Source: Alphaproteobacteria bacterium (GTDB lineage: Bacteria > Pseudomonadota > Alphaproteobacteria > UBA828). Taken from it: DNA of 64,000 bases. This document shows positions 1 through 9,820 of this stretch, in pieces. The stretch spans positions 96,001-160,000 of the forward strand of contig CAXXVO010000018.1 in NCBI GenBank assembly GCA_963422645.2, read 5' to 3'. The first letter of the stretch is position 1; the number at the start of each line of letters is the position of its first letter. Under the pieces are notes generated by a model that saw only the letters and a program-made list of their open reading frames with translations, made no database searches and was not told where the DNA came from. Position numbers and translations under genes: made by a program.

Positions 1-1086
1 GAACAGCACTTCGGACTGGAAGACGAAGCGGTCGCCGATGATGGTGAAGTCGCGCCGGTCGCTCAGCACCTCCCGGAGCCGGCCGAAGAACTCGGAGCGG
101 TAGGCGGCGAGTTCCTCGACCTTGGCGGCGAGCGCCATGTTGAGGCGCTGGCCGAGGTTGGCGATCGTGACTTCCTGCTCCTCGCTCTCGAGCTCCGAGA
201 TTTGCAGGGCCGCTTCGACTCGACCGAGCTGCGAGCGGAGCGCGTCGATCTGCTGATTGAGCACGGCGATCTGATCGCGTTGACGCGCGCTGAGCGCTTG
301 ATTCTCGGCCAGCGCATCCTGGCTGCTGTCGTACGAGGACTGGGCGGCAAGATGAAGCGCCTGGACCTCGGCGAGGCGGATTTCCCGCTCCTCCAGCGTG
401 CGCTGGGCGAGCACCGTGCGCTCCTGCTCGTCCGAGAGTCGGACTTCCAGCTCCGCCCTGGTGTCGCGCAATGCCGAGAGGTCGGCGCGCACGGCCGCCG
501 TCTCGTCTTCGCTCTGGTCGAGCTCGCCCCGACTCTCGATCAGCGCCGCGGCCATCACGCCCACCTTCGATTCAAGATCCCTGCGTACCGCATTCAGCGC
601 ATCGATGTCGCGGCGCAGGCGCTCGATATCGGAGAGCAGGACCTTGAGCTTGTCCTCGCCGGCGTCAGCTCTTATCGCCGACTGGGCTGCTTCGGCCATC
701 GCGGTCTGCCCCGCGCCCGTCATCTCCCTGAGGCGCAGCTGGAGCGTGTCACGCTCGCCGGTCGCCATCGAGAGCTCGGCGATGAGCTGGTCCCGGACGG
801 AGAGCGAGGACTGAAGCTGCGACGCGATCTGGGCGATATTGATCCTGAGCTCCGCATTGGCCTGCTGCTCGACGACGAGTTCCTCGTCGAGGCTGCTGAG
901 CTGGGCGCTGAGGTCGTCCTTTTCCTCGGTTTCCTCCGACAGCGTCCGTTGCAGGAAGTACTGCGCCAGCATGTAGACGACGAGGAGGAAGATCATGACC
1001 AGGAGCAGCGTCGACATCAGGTCGACGAAGCCCGGCCAGTAGTCGGCCTGCGAGCCCCTGCGTCTCAGGCGGGATGCGGCATACAC
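1..1086 (-). CDS. MotB/OmpA-family peptidoglycan-binding membrane protein (3' end outside the window)
   Basis: Not in the ORF track because there is no stop in the window. Read manually: GTG at 1086 with GGAGG RBS; ...DYWPGFVDLMSTLLLVMIFLLVVYMLAQYFL (TM), a long coiled coil, then LGQRLNMALAAKVEELAAYRSEFFGRLREVL...GDRFVFQSEVLF. Lies downstream of a MotA-like gene. Confidence 0.85.
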   Translation of the reverse strand, partial: MYAASRLRRRGSQADYWPGFVDLMSTLLLVMIFLLVVYMLAQYFLQRTLSEETEEKDDLSAQLSSLDEELVVEQQANAELRINIAQIASQLQSSLSVRDQLIAELSMATGERDTLQLRLREMTGAGQTAMAEAAQSAIRADAGEDKLKVLLSDIERLRRDIDALNAVRRDLESKVGVMAAALIESRGELDQSEDETAAVRADLSALRDTRAELEVRLSDEQERTVLAQRTLEEREIRLAEVQALHLAAQSSYDSSQDALAENQALSARQRDQIAVLNQQIDALRSQLGRVEAALQISELESEEQEVTIANLGQRLNMALAAKVEELAAYRSEFFGRLREVLSDRRDFTIIGDRFVFQSEVLF

Positions 1087-1104
1087 CGGGCGGGCCTCCC
1101 GCGC

Positions 1105-2262
1105 TCAGTCCTGACGGCGCTCGTTCTCGGCGACCGCCGCTATGGTCCGTGCGAGGAGCTTGATCTCGCTGCGAAGCTCGGCGACCGACTGCTCGCGCCC
1201 GGAGACCAACTCCTCCAACAGCCGTTGGAGATAGACGTCCAGATTACGCAAGTGCGCGCGGCTGGGCTCGTCGAGGCCGGTCTGTCGCGTGGCGCCCGCC
1301 GCGAGCCGTTCCAGCACCGGCCGCATCTCCAGCTGGTTCTCGACCAGCTTGACCATGAGATCCTGCTCGGATCGCATATGGTCCGTGAGCGTGGCCAGCC
1401 GCTCGGTAAGAGAAAGCAGGTTGGCCGAAGAGGATGCGCGCTGCTCTTCTCCGCGCCCGAGCGTTCGCTGCAGCTCCTCGAGGCTGTCGGCGGTCTTCTC
1501 CAACAACGCGCTGACGTAGGCGGGAACCGACTGGTCCCCGTCCATCCCGAGCGTGCCGCCGGAGAGCCGGGTGTAGGAGGACAGCCACTCCTCCGCCTCG
1601 TTGTAGAAGCGGTTCTGCGCCTGGCTCGCCTGCAAATCGAGAAAGCCGAGCACGAGCGAGCCTGCGAGCCCAAAGAGCGACGAACTGAAGGCGGTGCCCA
1701 TACCTTCGAGCGGGGCTTCGAGGCCGCCCTTGAGATTGTCGAAGACGCCGATCATGTCCTGGTTGGCGACCGAGAGATCGCCGATCACGCCGCCCACCGA
1801 GGTCACCGTCTGGAGCAGACCCCAAAACGTGCCGAGCAGGCCGAGGAAGATCAGTAGGCCGATCATGTAGCGCGAGAGATCGCGCGATTCGTCGAGCCGC
1901 GAGCCGATGCCGTCCAGCACGCTGCGGAGCGAGACGGCAGACAGCGTCATGCGGCCGTGCCGGTCCGCGAGCATCGTCGCCAGCGGCGCGAGCAGGCGCG
2001 GTTTGCGTTTCGACGCCGGCGCCGCCGCGCCCGGCACGTCGTTCTGCTTCACCGCCGCGAGCCAGGCGGAATCCGGCTTGAGCAGCAGGACCTGCCGGAA
2101 ATTGTAGACGATGCCGATGATCAGGGCGCCGAGGATGACAGCGTTCAGCACCGAGTTCGCGAAGAAGGCCTCGACCAGGGTCTCGCTCAGCACGACGACC
2201 ACCCCGACCACGAGGGCCAGGAAGAAGCTCATGCGAAGCAGGAATGGTCGTTGTCCGCTCAT
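1105..2262 (-). CDS. MotA/TolQ/ExbB-like proton channel membrane protein
   Basis: LIFLGLLGTFWGL and GMGTAFSSSLFGLAGSLVLGFLDLQ TM motifs; start trimmed to MSGQRPF. Confidence 0.85.
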   Translation of the reverse strand: MSGQRPFLLRMSFFLALVVGVVVVLSETLVEAFFANSVLNAVILGALIIGIVYNFRQVLLLKPDSAWLAAVKQNDVPGAAAPASKRKPRLLAPLATMLADRHGRMTLSAVSLRSVLDGIGSRLDESRDLSRYMIGLLIFLGLLGTFWGLLQTVTSVGGVIGDLSVANQDMIGVFDNLKGGLEAPLEGMGTAFSSSLFGLAGSLVLGFLDLQASQAQNRFYNEAEEWLSSYTRLSGGTLGMDGDQSVPAYVSALLEKTADSLEELQRTLGRGEEQRASSSANLLSLTERLATLTDHMRSEQDLMVKLVENQLEMRPVLERLAAGATRQTGLDEPSRAHLRNLDVYLQRLLEELVSGREQSVAELRSEIKLLARTIAAVAENERRQD

Positions 2263-2448
2263 CGCCTGTCCGTCATCCCCCGGAGCGCCGAATTGGCGCT
2301 CACCGACCGCTCGCAGGCCGCCCCGCGCGGCTTCTCCCCGGCGGCCCTCGCGCAGGCCGCGGCGAACGAGCACATTAGTACAGCGCGCCGCGGGCCGACA
2401 ACCTAAGGGCTGGACACAGGGCTGCAATATGCGTGCTTGAGCATGTCT

Positions 2449-3447
2449 TTAGCCGTCCGAGCGCGCCCGGCCGGTGGCCGCCAGGGGGTGCCCTGCCTCG
2501 ACCAGGCGTCTGAGCCGCTCGTCGAGGACATGGGTGTAGATTTCAGTCGTCGCGATGTCGGCGTGTCCAAGCATCTTCTGCACCGCCCTCAAGTCTGCGC
2601 CGTTGGCGAGCAGATGGCTGGCGAAGGCATGGCGCAGCGCGTGCGGCGAGACCCGGACGGGCTCGATCCCCGCTGCCCGAGCCAGCGTCTTCAGCATCTG
2701 CGCGATGCGATGGCGCGTGAGATGCCCGCTCGCGCCGCGGGAGGGGAAGAGCCAGCGGGAGGGCGCACCCTCGGCCAAGTGACGATCGCGCACCGCGAGA
2801 TAGGCCTCGAGCGCGCGGCGGGCCGGTGCGCCGAGCGGGACCAGGCGTTCCTTGTCGCCCTTGCCTCGCACCAGCAGAGTCCGTGTCTCGGCCGAAATCG
2901 CGTGGAGAGGCAGCGACACCAGCTCCGAGACGCGCAGGCCGCTGCCGTAAAGCAACTCGATCATGGCCCGCAGGCGCAGTCCGTCGGCCTCACGCTTGCT
3001 CGACAGCTCCGCCGCGTCGTCCTGCGGGCACGCTGCCGCCAGCAACCTCTCCACCTCTTCCTCGCTGAGCACGCCGGGAAGCGTGCGGGGGAGCGCAGGC
3101 GACTCCACAGTCGCGGTCGGGTCGTCCTCGCGCCGGCCGTCCGTGAGCAGGAAGCGGTAGAACTGGCGCAGGCACGAGAGCCGACGCGACGCGGTGCGTG
3201 CCGCGGTGCCGGAGCGCCGCTGGGCCGCCAAGAACTCCCGTATCGACTCAGGTTTCGCGTCTGCCAGGGCGACACGGGAGGGCGCGAGGTGGGCAGCGAA
3301 GCACGCGAGATCGCGCCGGTACGCATCGAGCGAATTGCGGGCCAGTCCACGCTCGGCGGCGGCCATTTCGAGAAATGCCTCGATGGCCGCCGCGTCCCCC
3401 TCGCCGAGTGCTGCCTTGGCCACTGGCGGCTGCCCCCGACGCGTCAA
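2449..3447 (-). CDS. xerD: Site-specific tyrosine recombinase XerD
   Basis: AAERGLARNSLDAYRRDL, LLYGSGLRVSEL, GKGDKERLVP, SPHALRHAFASHLL, LGHADIATTEIYTH. Confidence 0.93.
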   Translation of the reverse strand: MTRRGQPPVAKAALGEGDAAAIEAFLEMAAAERGLARNSLDAYRRDLACFAAHLAPSRVALADAKPESIREFLAAQRRSGTAARTASRRLSCLRQFYRFLLTDGRREDDPTATVESPALPRTLPGVLSEEEVERLLAAACPQDDAAELSSKREADGLRLRAMIELLYGSGLRVSELVSLPLHAISAETRTLLVRGKGDKERLVPLGAPARRALEAYLAVRDRHLAEGAPSRWLFPSRGASGHLTRHRIAQMLKTLARAAGIEPVRVSPHALRHAFASHLLANGADLRAVQKMLGHADIATTEIYTHVLDERLRRLVEAGHPLAATGRARSDG

Positions 3448-5339
3448 AGACCCGCCGCGAGCGCCGCCTCCAGGGCGATCGCCCGCGCCTCCTTCCGCAG
3501 ACCGGCAGAGACGAGACTGGAGACCACCGGCCCGACCGTCGCAATGCCGGCAGCGGCGGGGCCATCGTCGCCGATCAAGAGCAAGGCCAGCAGGACGGTT
3601 TCTCCGAGCAACCCTCCTTCGGCCGCTTTCTGGAGTCCGTTCGCAAGCGCCGGCGCCGGCGCGCGTGCCGCCACCGCTCGCTCGTCGAGCATCAGGCGAT
3701 CCCAGACCTCGGGGTCGATTCGGCCGCCAAGAGCATCGACCAGGACCGCCAGCCAGTTGGCGCGCGCAAGCGCGACGGCCTCCCCTCCCCTATCGGCGCG
3801 CAACGCCAGCCACGCCTCGAAGGGCGCCGTCTTCAGGTAGACCTCCTCGGCACTCAGAAGCATCAGGGGCCAGAGCCGGACCGCGGAGCGCGCCGCGTCG
3901 GCATCGCGCGGCGCCTCCTCGCTGGCCAGCGCATACCAGGCTGCGGCTGCATCATGGTCACCGGCTGCCATCAGGGCCCGCCCGGCCGCACCGCTGAACC
4001 AGCCGTGCTCGGGCGCTGGCGGAACCGTCCACACCAGGTGCGCCAATCCCCGCGCCATCGTCCCGCGGGCGCCCTGTGCCTCGGCGAGAGCGAGCGCCGC
4101 TGCAAGCAGCTCCGCCCGCAAGGCTGGCGCCGTTTGCGCCTCGATCGCCTGAAGCATGAGGGCGCGGCCAAGCGGCGGCTCCAGCGTCTCGATCTGATCC
4201 AGGGCATCGGCGCGCTCTTCCGGTGAGAACGCAATCGCGCGATAGAGATCGCGAAGTGCCTCAATTGGGAGCGTGCCGGCCGTCTCCGCACGCTCAGCCG
4301 CCGCCAGCCTGATCCCCGGCAAAGACGCCGGCGCGCCCGCAAGCGCGGGCAACACATCCGGCGCCGCCCGTGACACCGCCTCCGCAGGGATCGCGAGCTG
4401 CGCGAGTCGCCAGGCGGCAACCCGCAAGGGTGTCGGATCGGCGAGCGGATCCACCGCCGGCTCCGCCAACCCCGCCATGGCGTAAATCGTGTCGTCGAAC
4501 ACCTGATCGGGCGCGGCATCCGTTTCGAGCAGGAGCTCCAGGCCCAGCGTCGCGGCCTCGATCAAGCCGGCATGGGCCTGACAAAGGACGCGAACACGGC
4601 GCCAGTAGCCATCGCCGGCTCGGCCCGCCTTGCCCAGGATCTGCTCGCACGCGACGTCCAGGTCAAGCGCCGCAAGCAGGCGGTCGTTCTCGATCTGGGC
4701 GCTGAGGATCTGACCGCCTTCCGGCCCCGCGCTCTCCAGTAGGGCAAGAGCAGCATCGCGCGCACCCATGTCGACCAGTCGTCCGACTCGTGCGAGCACC
4801 AGTGCTCCCGCCTCGCCCTGCCCTGCGGGCGGTCGCGCCGGCGATGTGAGCAGCGCCAGCGCCAGCCGCCGCATGGCGACGGAGGGCACCGCGGCCGGCA
4901 GCCGCGGCAACAGGGCTTCGATCCGCGAGCGGCGCGAGCCGGACCAGAAATCGCCGGGAAACGCTTCGATTCCCGGCAGGCCCACGCCGGCCGCGTCAGG
5001 GTCGATCGCCTCGAGCGAACCGACCTCGATGCCCGATTGAGCCGATTCCGGAGCGGTCGCGCCGGGCTCAGCAATCTCCTCCGACTCGACGCCCGACTCG
5101 GCGGGCGAGGCCGCAGTGTCGGTTTTGTCCGAATCCGAGCGCTCGTCATTGGCTTCGTTCTGCTGCTCCGGTATCAGCCGCAGCGGCTCATCGGCGTCTT
5201 GGGCGATGCCGTCGCCCGCGAACGCGATCAGCAGCAAGGCTGCGGAAACGAATCCACCGACGAGTGCGGACCTTGGCTGTCGGACAACCGTTGAGGATAG
5301 GGTCGGTCGCGGCATTCGACTGCCCTCAGGTGCTCTCAC
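3444..5339 (-). CDS. Exported Ala-rich hypothetical protein upstream of xerD
   Basis: 631-aa ORF with a signal-peptide-like N-terminus, acidic linker and helical body; overlaps the xerD start and is coupled (GTGA) to the small upstream ORF. Confidence 0.75.
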   Translation of the reverse strand: MRAPEGSRMPRPTLSSTVVRQPRSALVGGFVSAALLLIAFAGDGIAQDADEPLRLIPEQQNEANDERSDSDKTDTAASPAESGVESEEIAEPGATAPESAQSGIEVGSLEAIDPDAAGVGLPGIEAFPGDFWSGSRRSRIEALLPRLPAAVPSVAMRRLALALLTSPARPPAGQGEAGALVLARVGRLVDMGARDAALALLESAGPEGGQILSAQIENDRLLAALDLDVACEQILGKAGRAGDGYWRRVRVLCQAHAGLIEAATLGLELLLETDAAPDQVFDDTIYAMAGLAEPAVDPLADPTPLRVAAWRLAQLAIPAEAVSRAAPDVLPALAGAPASLPGIRLAAAERAETAGTLPIEALRDLYRAIAFSPEERADALDQIETLEPPLGRALMLQAIEAQTAPALRAELLAAALALAEAQGARGTMARGLAHLVWTVPPAPEHGWFSGAAGRALMAAGDHDAAAAWYALASEEAPRDADAARSAVRLWPLMLLSAEEVYLKTAPFEAWLALRADRGGEAVALARANWLAVLVDALGGRIDPEVWDRLMLDERAVAARAPAPALANGLQKAAEGGLLGETVLLALLLIGDDGPAAAGIATVGPVVSSLVSAGLRKEARAIALEAALAAGL

Positions 5340-5464
5340 TTCTCGAAGCGATCATTGGACAGCACCTTTTCGACGGGACCAGGCGGCGGTGGGATATCCC
5401 AGGTCAAGAGAAACCCGATTCCGCCGCCGATGATAAGCAAGAGGATGATGACGAGGACTTTCAA
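5336..5464 (-). CDS. Small 42-aa single-TM protein
   Basis: Read manually: TTG start, MKVLVIILLLIIGGGIGFLLTWDIPPPPGPVEKVLSNDRFEK*; its TGA overlaps the GTG start of the 631-aa ORF. Confidence 0.7.
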   Translation of the reverse strand: MKVLVIILLLIIGGGIGFLLTWDIPPPPGPVEKVLSNDRFEK

Positions 5465-5631
5465 CGGGACTTGCCCTCACTCCTGACCAAGCGCCGACGC
5501 TGAATCAGCCGGGAGGCATTCGACGCTTGTGTGTTAGAATCGGATTATGGCGATGGTGTGGCAGTCTATCGGCGCGGACGCGGCGCTTCAACGACGCGCG
5601 GCCGGGCGGGGCGGAGTGTGCCGCTGAGCCG

Positions 5632-6237
5632 ATGACGGCAGATAGAGGGTGCCCGCGGATAGATTGCTCGATCGTCCTCGTGGGTCTGATGGGCGCAGGC
5701 AAGAGCGCAATCGGCCGTCGGCTCGCCAGCCGACTCGGCTTGCCCTTCGTCGACGCCGACGACGAGATCGAACGCGCCGCGGGATGTTCGATCTCGGACA
5801 TCTTCGAGATGCATGGAGAGACGGCATTCCGAGACGGCGAACGGCGAGTCATCGCCCGGCTGCTGGCCCGCCCGCCCCACGTGCTGGCGACCGGCGGGGG
5901 CGCATTCATGGACCCCGAAACGCGCGCTGCGATCCAGAAACGCGGCATAGCGGTCTGGCTTCGCGCTGATCTCGATTTGCTGGTCTCCCGCGTCTCGCGC
6001 CGCAACGACCGCCCGCTGCTGGCCGGAGGCGAGCCGCGCGCAATCCTGCAGCGGCTGATGGACGAGCGTCACCCGATTTACGCCGAGGCCGAGGTTGTCG
6101 TGGAAAGCAGAGACGGACCGCACGAACAGACGGTGGAGGCGGTGCTCGGCGCGCTCCGCGCGCACGTGGAAGCACGGCGGAGACAGCCGTGCCCGGACTC
6201 GTCGTCGGCAAGCATCGAGGCCTCACGCGGTGAATAG
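5632..6237 (+). CDS. aroK: Shikimate kinase
   Basis: GLMGAGKS P-loop, FVDADDEIE, GETAFRDGE, LATGGGA, RPLL; start uncertain. Confidence 0.93.
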   Translation: MTADRGCPRIDCSIVLVGLMGAGKSAIGRRLASRLGLPFVDADDEIERAAGCSISDIFEMHGETAFRDGERRVIARLLARPPHVLATGGGAFMDPETRAAIQKRGIAVWLRADLDLLVSRVSRRNDRPLLAGGEPRAILQRLMDERHPIYAEAEVVVESRDGPHEQTVEAVLGALRAHVEARRRQPCPDSSSASIEASRGE

Positions 6238-7396
6238 GGCGGATCCCGAGCCACGAACCGAGCAAGACCGGGAGACGGTACGCGTCGAGCTCGGCCCACG
6301 TAGCTACGACGTATTGGTGGGCGCCGGCCTGGTACAAGAGGCCGGACGGCATATGGCGCCGCTTCTCCCCGGCCGCTCGGCAGTTGTGGTCACCGACCGC
6401 GTCGTAGCCGAGCGCTATCTCGACGCGGCCCTCGGCTCCCTACAGGAAGCTGGCTTCTCGTGCTCCCACTTGATCGTCGAGGCGGGTGAGCGAAGCAAGG
6501 ACATGGGGACGCTTGGTGGCGTCCTGGAAGACATCCTCGGCTGCGGTATCGAGAGGTCGACGGTCTTGGTGGCGCTGGGCGGCGGGGTTATCGGCGACCT
6601 TACCGGCTTCGCGGCGAGCATCCTGCTTCGCGGCGTCCCCTTCGTTCAGATTCCGACGACGCTTCTCGCTCAGGTCGACAGCGGCGTCGGCGGAAAGACC
6701 GGAGTGAACAGCGCCCACGGCAAGAACCTGATCGGCACCTTCTACCAACCGCGCCTCGTGCTAGCCGACGTGGCCACGCTGGGCACGCTGCCGCTGCGCG
6801 AGCGCCGGGCAGGCTATGCCGAGATCGTGAAGTACGGCCTGATCGACGACCTCGAATTCTTCGCCTGGCTCGAACGGAAGGGTGCGGCGCTGATCGACGG
6901 CGATCAGAGTCTGCTGCGAACCGCCGTGACCCATTCCTGCCGGACCAAGGCACGAATCGTTGCCGCTGACGAGCGCGAAAGCGGCAAGCGAGCCCTCCTC
7001 AATCTGGGCCATACCTTCGCCCACGCCCTGGAGGCGGGGGCCGGCTATGACGGATCGCTCTTGCACGGCGAGGCGGTGGCCTATGGCATCGTGCTTGCAC
7101 ATCAGCTCTCTGCAACTCTTGGCCTCTGCAGCGAGGATGACGTGGCGCGGGTGGCAGCTCACTTCCGTGCGGTCGGGCTGCCGAGCGAGGCGAGCGCCCT
7201 CCCCGCGATCGCATGGGACGCATCTGCGCTGATCGAACGCATGAAGCATGACAAGAAGGTGCAGGACGGACAGATGACGTTCGTGCTGACACGTGGCATC
7301 GGGCAGGCCTTCCTCAGCCAGGATGTCTCACGCGAGGCGCTTTGCGCCTTGCTGGACCGAGCCTTCAGCGAAGGAGGCCTTTCCGCCTCCCGTTGA
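6230..7396 (+). CDS. aroB: 3-dehydroquinate synthase
   Basis: LGGGVIGDLTGF, PTTLLAQVDSGVGGKTG, KNLIGTFYQP, LNLGHTFAHALE, LHGEAV, DKK. Confidence 0.95.
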   Translation: MNRADPEPRTEQDRETVRVELGPRSYDVLVGAGLVQEAGRHMAPLLPGRSAVVVTDRVVAERYLDAALGSLQEAGFSCSHLIVEAGERSKDMGTLGGVLEDILGCGIERSTVLVALGGGVIGDLTGFAASILLRGVPFVQIPTTLLAQVDSGVGGKTGVNSAHGKNLIGTFYQPRLVLADVATLGTLPLRERRAGYAEIVKYGLIDDLEFFAWLERKGAALIDGDQSLLRTAVTHSCRTKARIVAADERESGKRALLNLGHTFAHALEAGAGYDGSLLHGEAVAYGIVLAHQLSATLGLCSEDDVARVAAHFRAVGLPSEASALPAIAWDASALIERMKHDKKVQDGQMTFVLTRGIGQAFLSQDVSREALCALLDRAFSEGGLSASR

Positions 7397-7430
7397 CCCC
7401 CCCCCCCCAACAATTCCCAACGACACAACC

Positions 7431-8717
7431 ATGACCAACGAGACTGCCATCACCATCGGCGCAATCGGCTTACTGATTGCGCTATCGGGCTTCTTCTCAG
7501 GCTCCGAGACGGCCCTTACCGCAGCCTCCCGCCCGCGCATGCACCATCTGGCGGGCGCCGGCGACAGACGTGCGCGCGCGGTCCAGCGGCTGACCAGCGA
7601 TCGGGAGCGATTGATCGGCGCAATCTTGCTCGGAAACAACGCGGTCAACATCCTCGCATCTGCACTGGCCACCAGCGTTCTGATTTCGCTCTTCGGCGAC
7701 GCCGGCGTGGCCTATGCGACGATCGGCATGACCCTCGTCATCCTGGTCTTCGCCGAGGTGCTGCCGAAGACGTACGCGATCCGCGACCCCGACCGTGTCT
7801 CTCTGCGGGTAGCGCCGGTGCTGGGCCCAATCGTATGGCTGCTCTCACCCATCGTCCGCACGGTGCGTCTGGTGGTCTCGGCGACGCTCAGCGTGGCCGG
7901 TGCTTCCCAAGGATCCAGGACGGCAAGCGCTGCCGAGGAGGAGCTGCGCGGCACCATTACGCTGCAGGCGCAGGAAGGCGCCATGGTCAAGCATGAGCGC
8001 GACATGCTCCACAGCATCCTCGACCTGGAGGAGATCGAAGTCGGCGCGATCATGACTCACCGCAAGACCATGGAGATGATCGACGCCGACGCGACACCCG
8101 CCGACATTCTCAATCAGGTCGTCCTCAGTCCCCACACGCGCCTCCCGGTCTGGAAGAACGAGCCCGATAATATCGTCGGAGTGTTGCACGCCAAGGACCT
8201 GCTGCGGGCAATGCATGCGAACCTCGATGACCTCGACCGGCTCGACGTCATGTCGATCGTGACCGAGCCCTGGTTCGTGCCCGAAACCACGCCGCTGGAC
8301 GAGCAACTCCATTCGTTCCGCGAGCGTCGGGGTCACTTCGCGCTAATCGTCGATGAATACGGCTCGCTGATGGGGCTCGTGACCCTGGAGGACATCATTG
8401 AGGAGATCGTTGGTGAGATCGTCGACGAGCACGACATCGCGCGCGGCGGGGTGGTGGAGGGGGCGGACGGCTCGTTCCTGATTCCGGGTACCGCAGCTAT
8501 TCGCGATCTCAATCGGGCTTATGACTGGGATCTGCCCGACGAGGAAGCCGCCACCATCGCGGGTCTTGTGCTGAACGAAGCGCAGGAGATTCCCGAGATT
8601 GGCGAATCGTTCTCGCTTTATGGCTTTACCTTCGAAGTCCGTGCCCGCAAGCGCAATCAGATCACACAGCTCCGCGTGATCCCGCGCCCGCACGGCACCA
8701 CCCACCCAAGCAGCTGA
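7431..8717 (+). CDS. HlyC/CorC (CNNM-CBS-CorC) family Mg2+/Co2+ transporter
   Basis: SGFFSGSETALT, EVLPKT, CBS pair (HTRLPV; VDEYGSLMGLVTLEDIIEEIVGEI). Confidence 0.92.
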   Translation: MTNETAITIGAIGLLIALSGFFSGSETALTAASRPRMHHLAGAGDRRARAVQRLTSDRERLIGAILLGNNAVNILASALATSVLISLFGDAGVAYATIGMTLVILVFAEVLPKTYAIRDPDRVSLRVAPVLGPIVWLLSPIVRTVRLVVSATLSVAGASQGSRTASAAEEELRGTITLQAQEGAMVKHERDMLHSILDLEEIEVGAIMTHRKTMEMIDADATPADILNQVVLSPHTRLPVWKNEPDNIVGVLHAKDLLRAMHANLDDLDRLDVMSIVTEPWFVPETTPLDEQLHSFRERRGHFALIVDEYGSLMGLVTLEDIIEEIVGEIVDEHDIARGGVVEGADGSFLIPGTAAIRDLNRAYDWDLPDEEAATIAGLVLNEAQEIPEIGESFSLYGFTFEVRARKRNQITQLRVIPRPHGTTHPSS

Positions 8718-8852
8718 GTCGCGCCTGCGGGTTGCACGCGCGGCGTACACCCCCCATATGCTGCTGTCGATAATCATGACCCGGCGCCCTGAGGTTCCGA
8801 TTGCCGGCGCAGTGCCTCGTGCTATACATGAGGCGGGTCAGTTGGCGAGTCG

Positions 8853-9809
8853 ATGAACAGCTATCTCAACTTCGAGAAGCCGGTCGCGGAGATCGAAGGC
8901 AAGCTCCAGGAGCTTCGCCACCTCAGCGACGACAGCGGCGTCAACATGCTCGATGAGGTTTCGCGCCTTGAGGGCAAGGTCGACCGGCTGCTGCGGCAGA
9001 CCTATAGCCGCCTCACCCCTTGGCAAAAGGCGCAAGTCGCCCGCCATCAGCTCAGGCCCCACTGTTCCGACTACATCTCCCGCCTCGTCTCCGATTTCCT
9101 GCCGCTGGCAGGCGACAGAGCCTTTGGTGAAGATCGCGCGGTCATCGGCGGTCTTGGGCGTTTCCGCGGCCACACCACCATGGTCATCGGCCAGGAGAAG
9201 GGCGCCGACACGGAGGGCCGGGTCGCGCACAACTTCGGCATGGCGAACCCCGAAGGCTACCGCAAGGCGTCGCGCCTTCTGCGGCTGGCGGAGCGCTTTC
9301 AGGTGCCCGTGCTGACGCTGATCGACACGCCGGGCGCCTATCCCGGAATCGGCGCCGAGGAGCGCGGGCAAGCCGAGGCCATCGCGCGCTGTATCGAGGC
9401 CTGTCTCGATGTCAGGGTGCCGGTGGTTGCGCTCATCATCGGCGAGGGCGGCTCCGGCGGGGCAATTGCGCTGGGCGTCGCCAACCGCGTGCTGATGATG
9501 GAGCACGCGGTATATTCGGTGATCTCGCCCGAAGGCTGCGCGTCGATCCTGTGGCGCGATGCGGCCCTCGCGGAAACGGCGGCGGAAGCGTTGCGGCTCA
9601 CTGCGGACGATCTGCACGGGCTCGGGGTGATTGACAACATCGTGCCGGAGCCCGTGGGCGGCGCCCACAGAGACGCGCCGTGCGCGATCGACGAGGCCGG
9701 TGCAGCGCTTGAGACGGCGTTCGCCGACCTGCGTGGCCTCGACGGCTCGGCGCTTCGCAGCTACCGGCGGGAGAAGTACCTGGCACTCGGCAGCATCGCC
9801 GAAGGCTAG
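8853..9809 (+). CDS. accA: Acetyl-CoA carboxylase carboxyltransferase alpha subunit
   Basis: LNFEKP, NFGMANPEGYRKA, IDTPGAYPGIGAEERGQ, GEGGSGGA, YSVISPEGCASILW. Confidence 0.96.
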   Translation: MNSYLNFEKPVAEIEGKLQELRHLSDDSGVNMLDEVSRLEGKVDRLLRQTYSRLTPWQKAQVARHQLRPHCSDYISRLVSDFLPLAGDRAFGEDRAVIGGLGRFRGHTTMVIGQEKGADTEGRVAHNFGMANPEGYRKASRLLRLAERFQVPVLTLIDTPGAYPGIGAEERGQAEAIARCIEACLDVRVPVVALIIGEGGSGGAIALGVANRVLMMEHAVYSVISPEGCASILWRDAALAETAAEALRLTADDLHGLGVIDNIVPEPVGGAHRDAPCAIDEAGAALETAFADLRGLDGSALRSYRREKYLALGSIAEG

Positions 9810-9820
9810 ACTCCCGGCCG

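Noticed and set aside
202-1857. 551-aa plus-strand ORF, and similar long ORFs at 9806-11482, 13856-15964, 24016-25782 and 48647-52000
   Set aside because: Antisense shadows of recognisable genes in high-GC DNA; no family motifs.
2449-3447. Tyrosine recombinase as a prophage or island integrase
   Set aside because: Sequence and context match chromosomal XerD; no att repeats or tRNA nearby.
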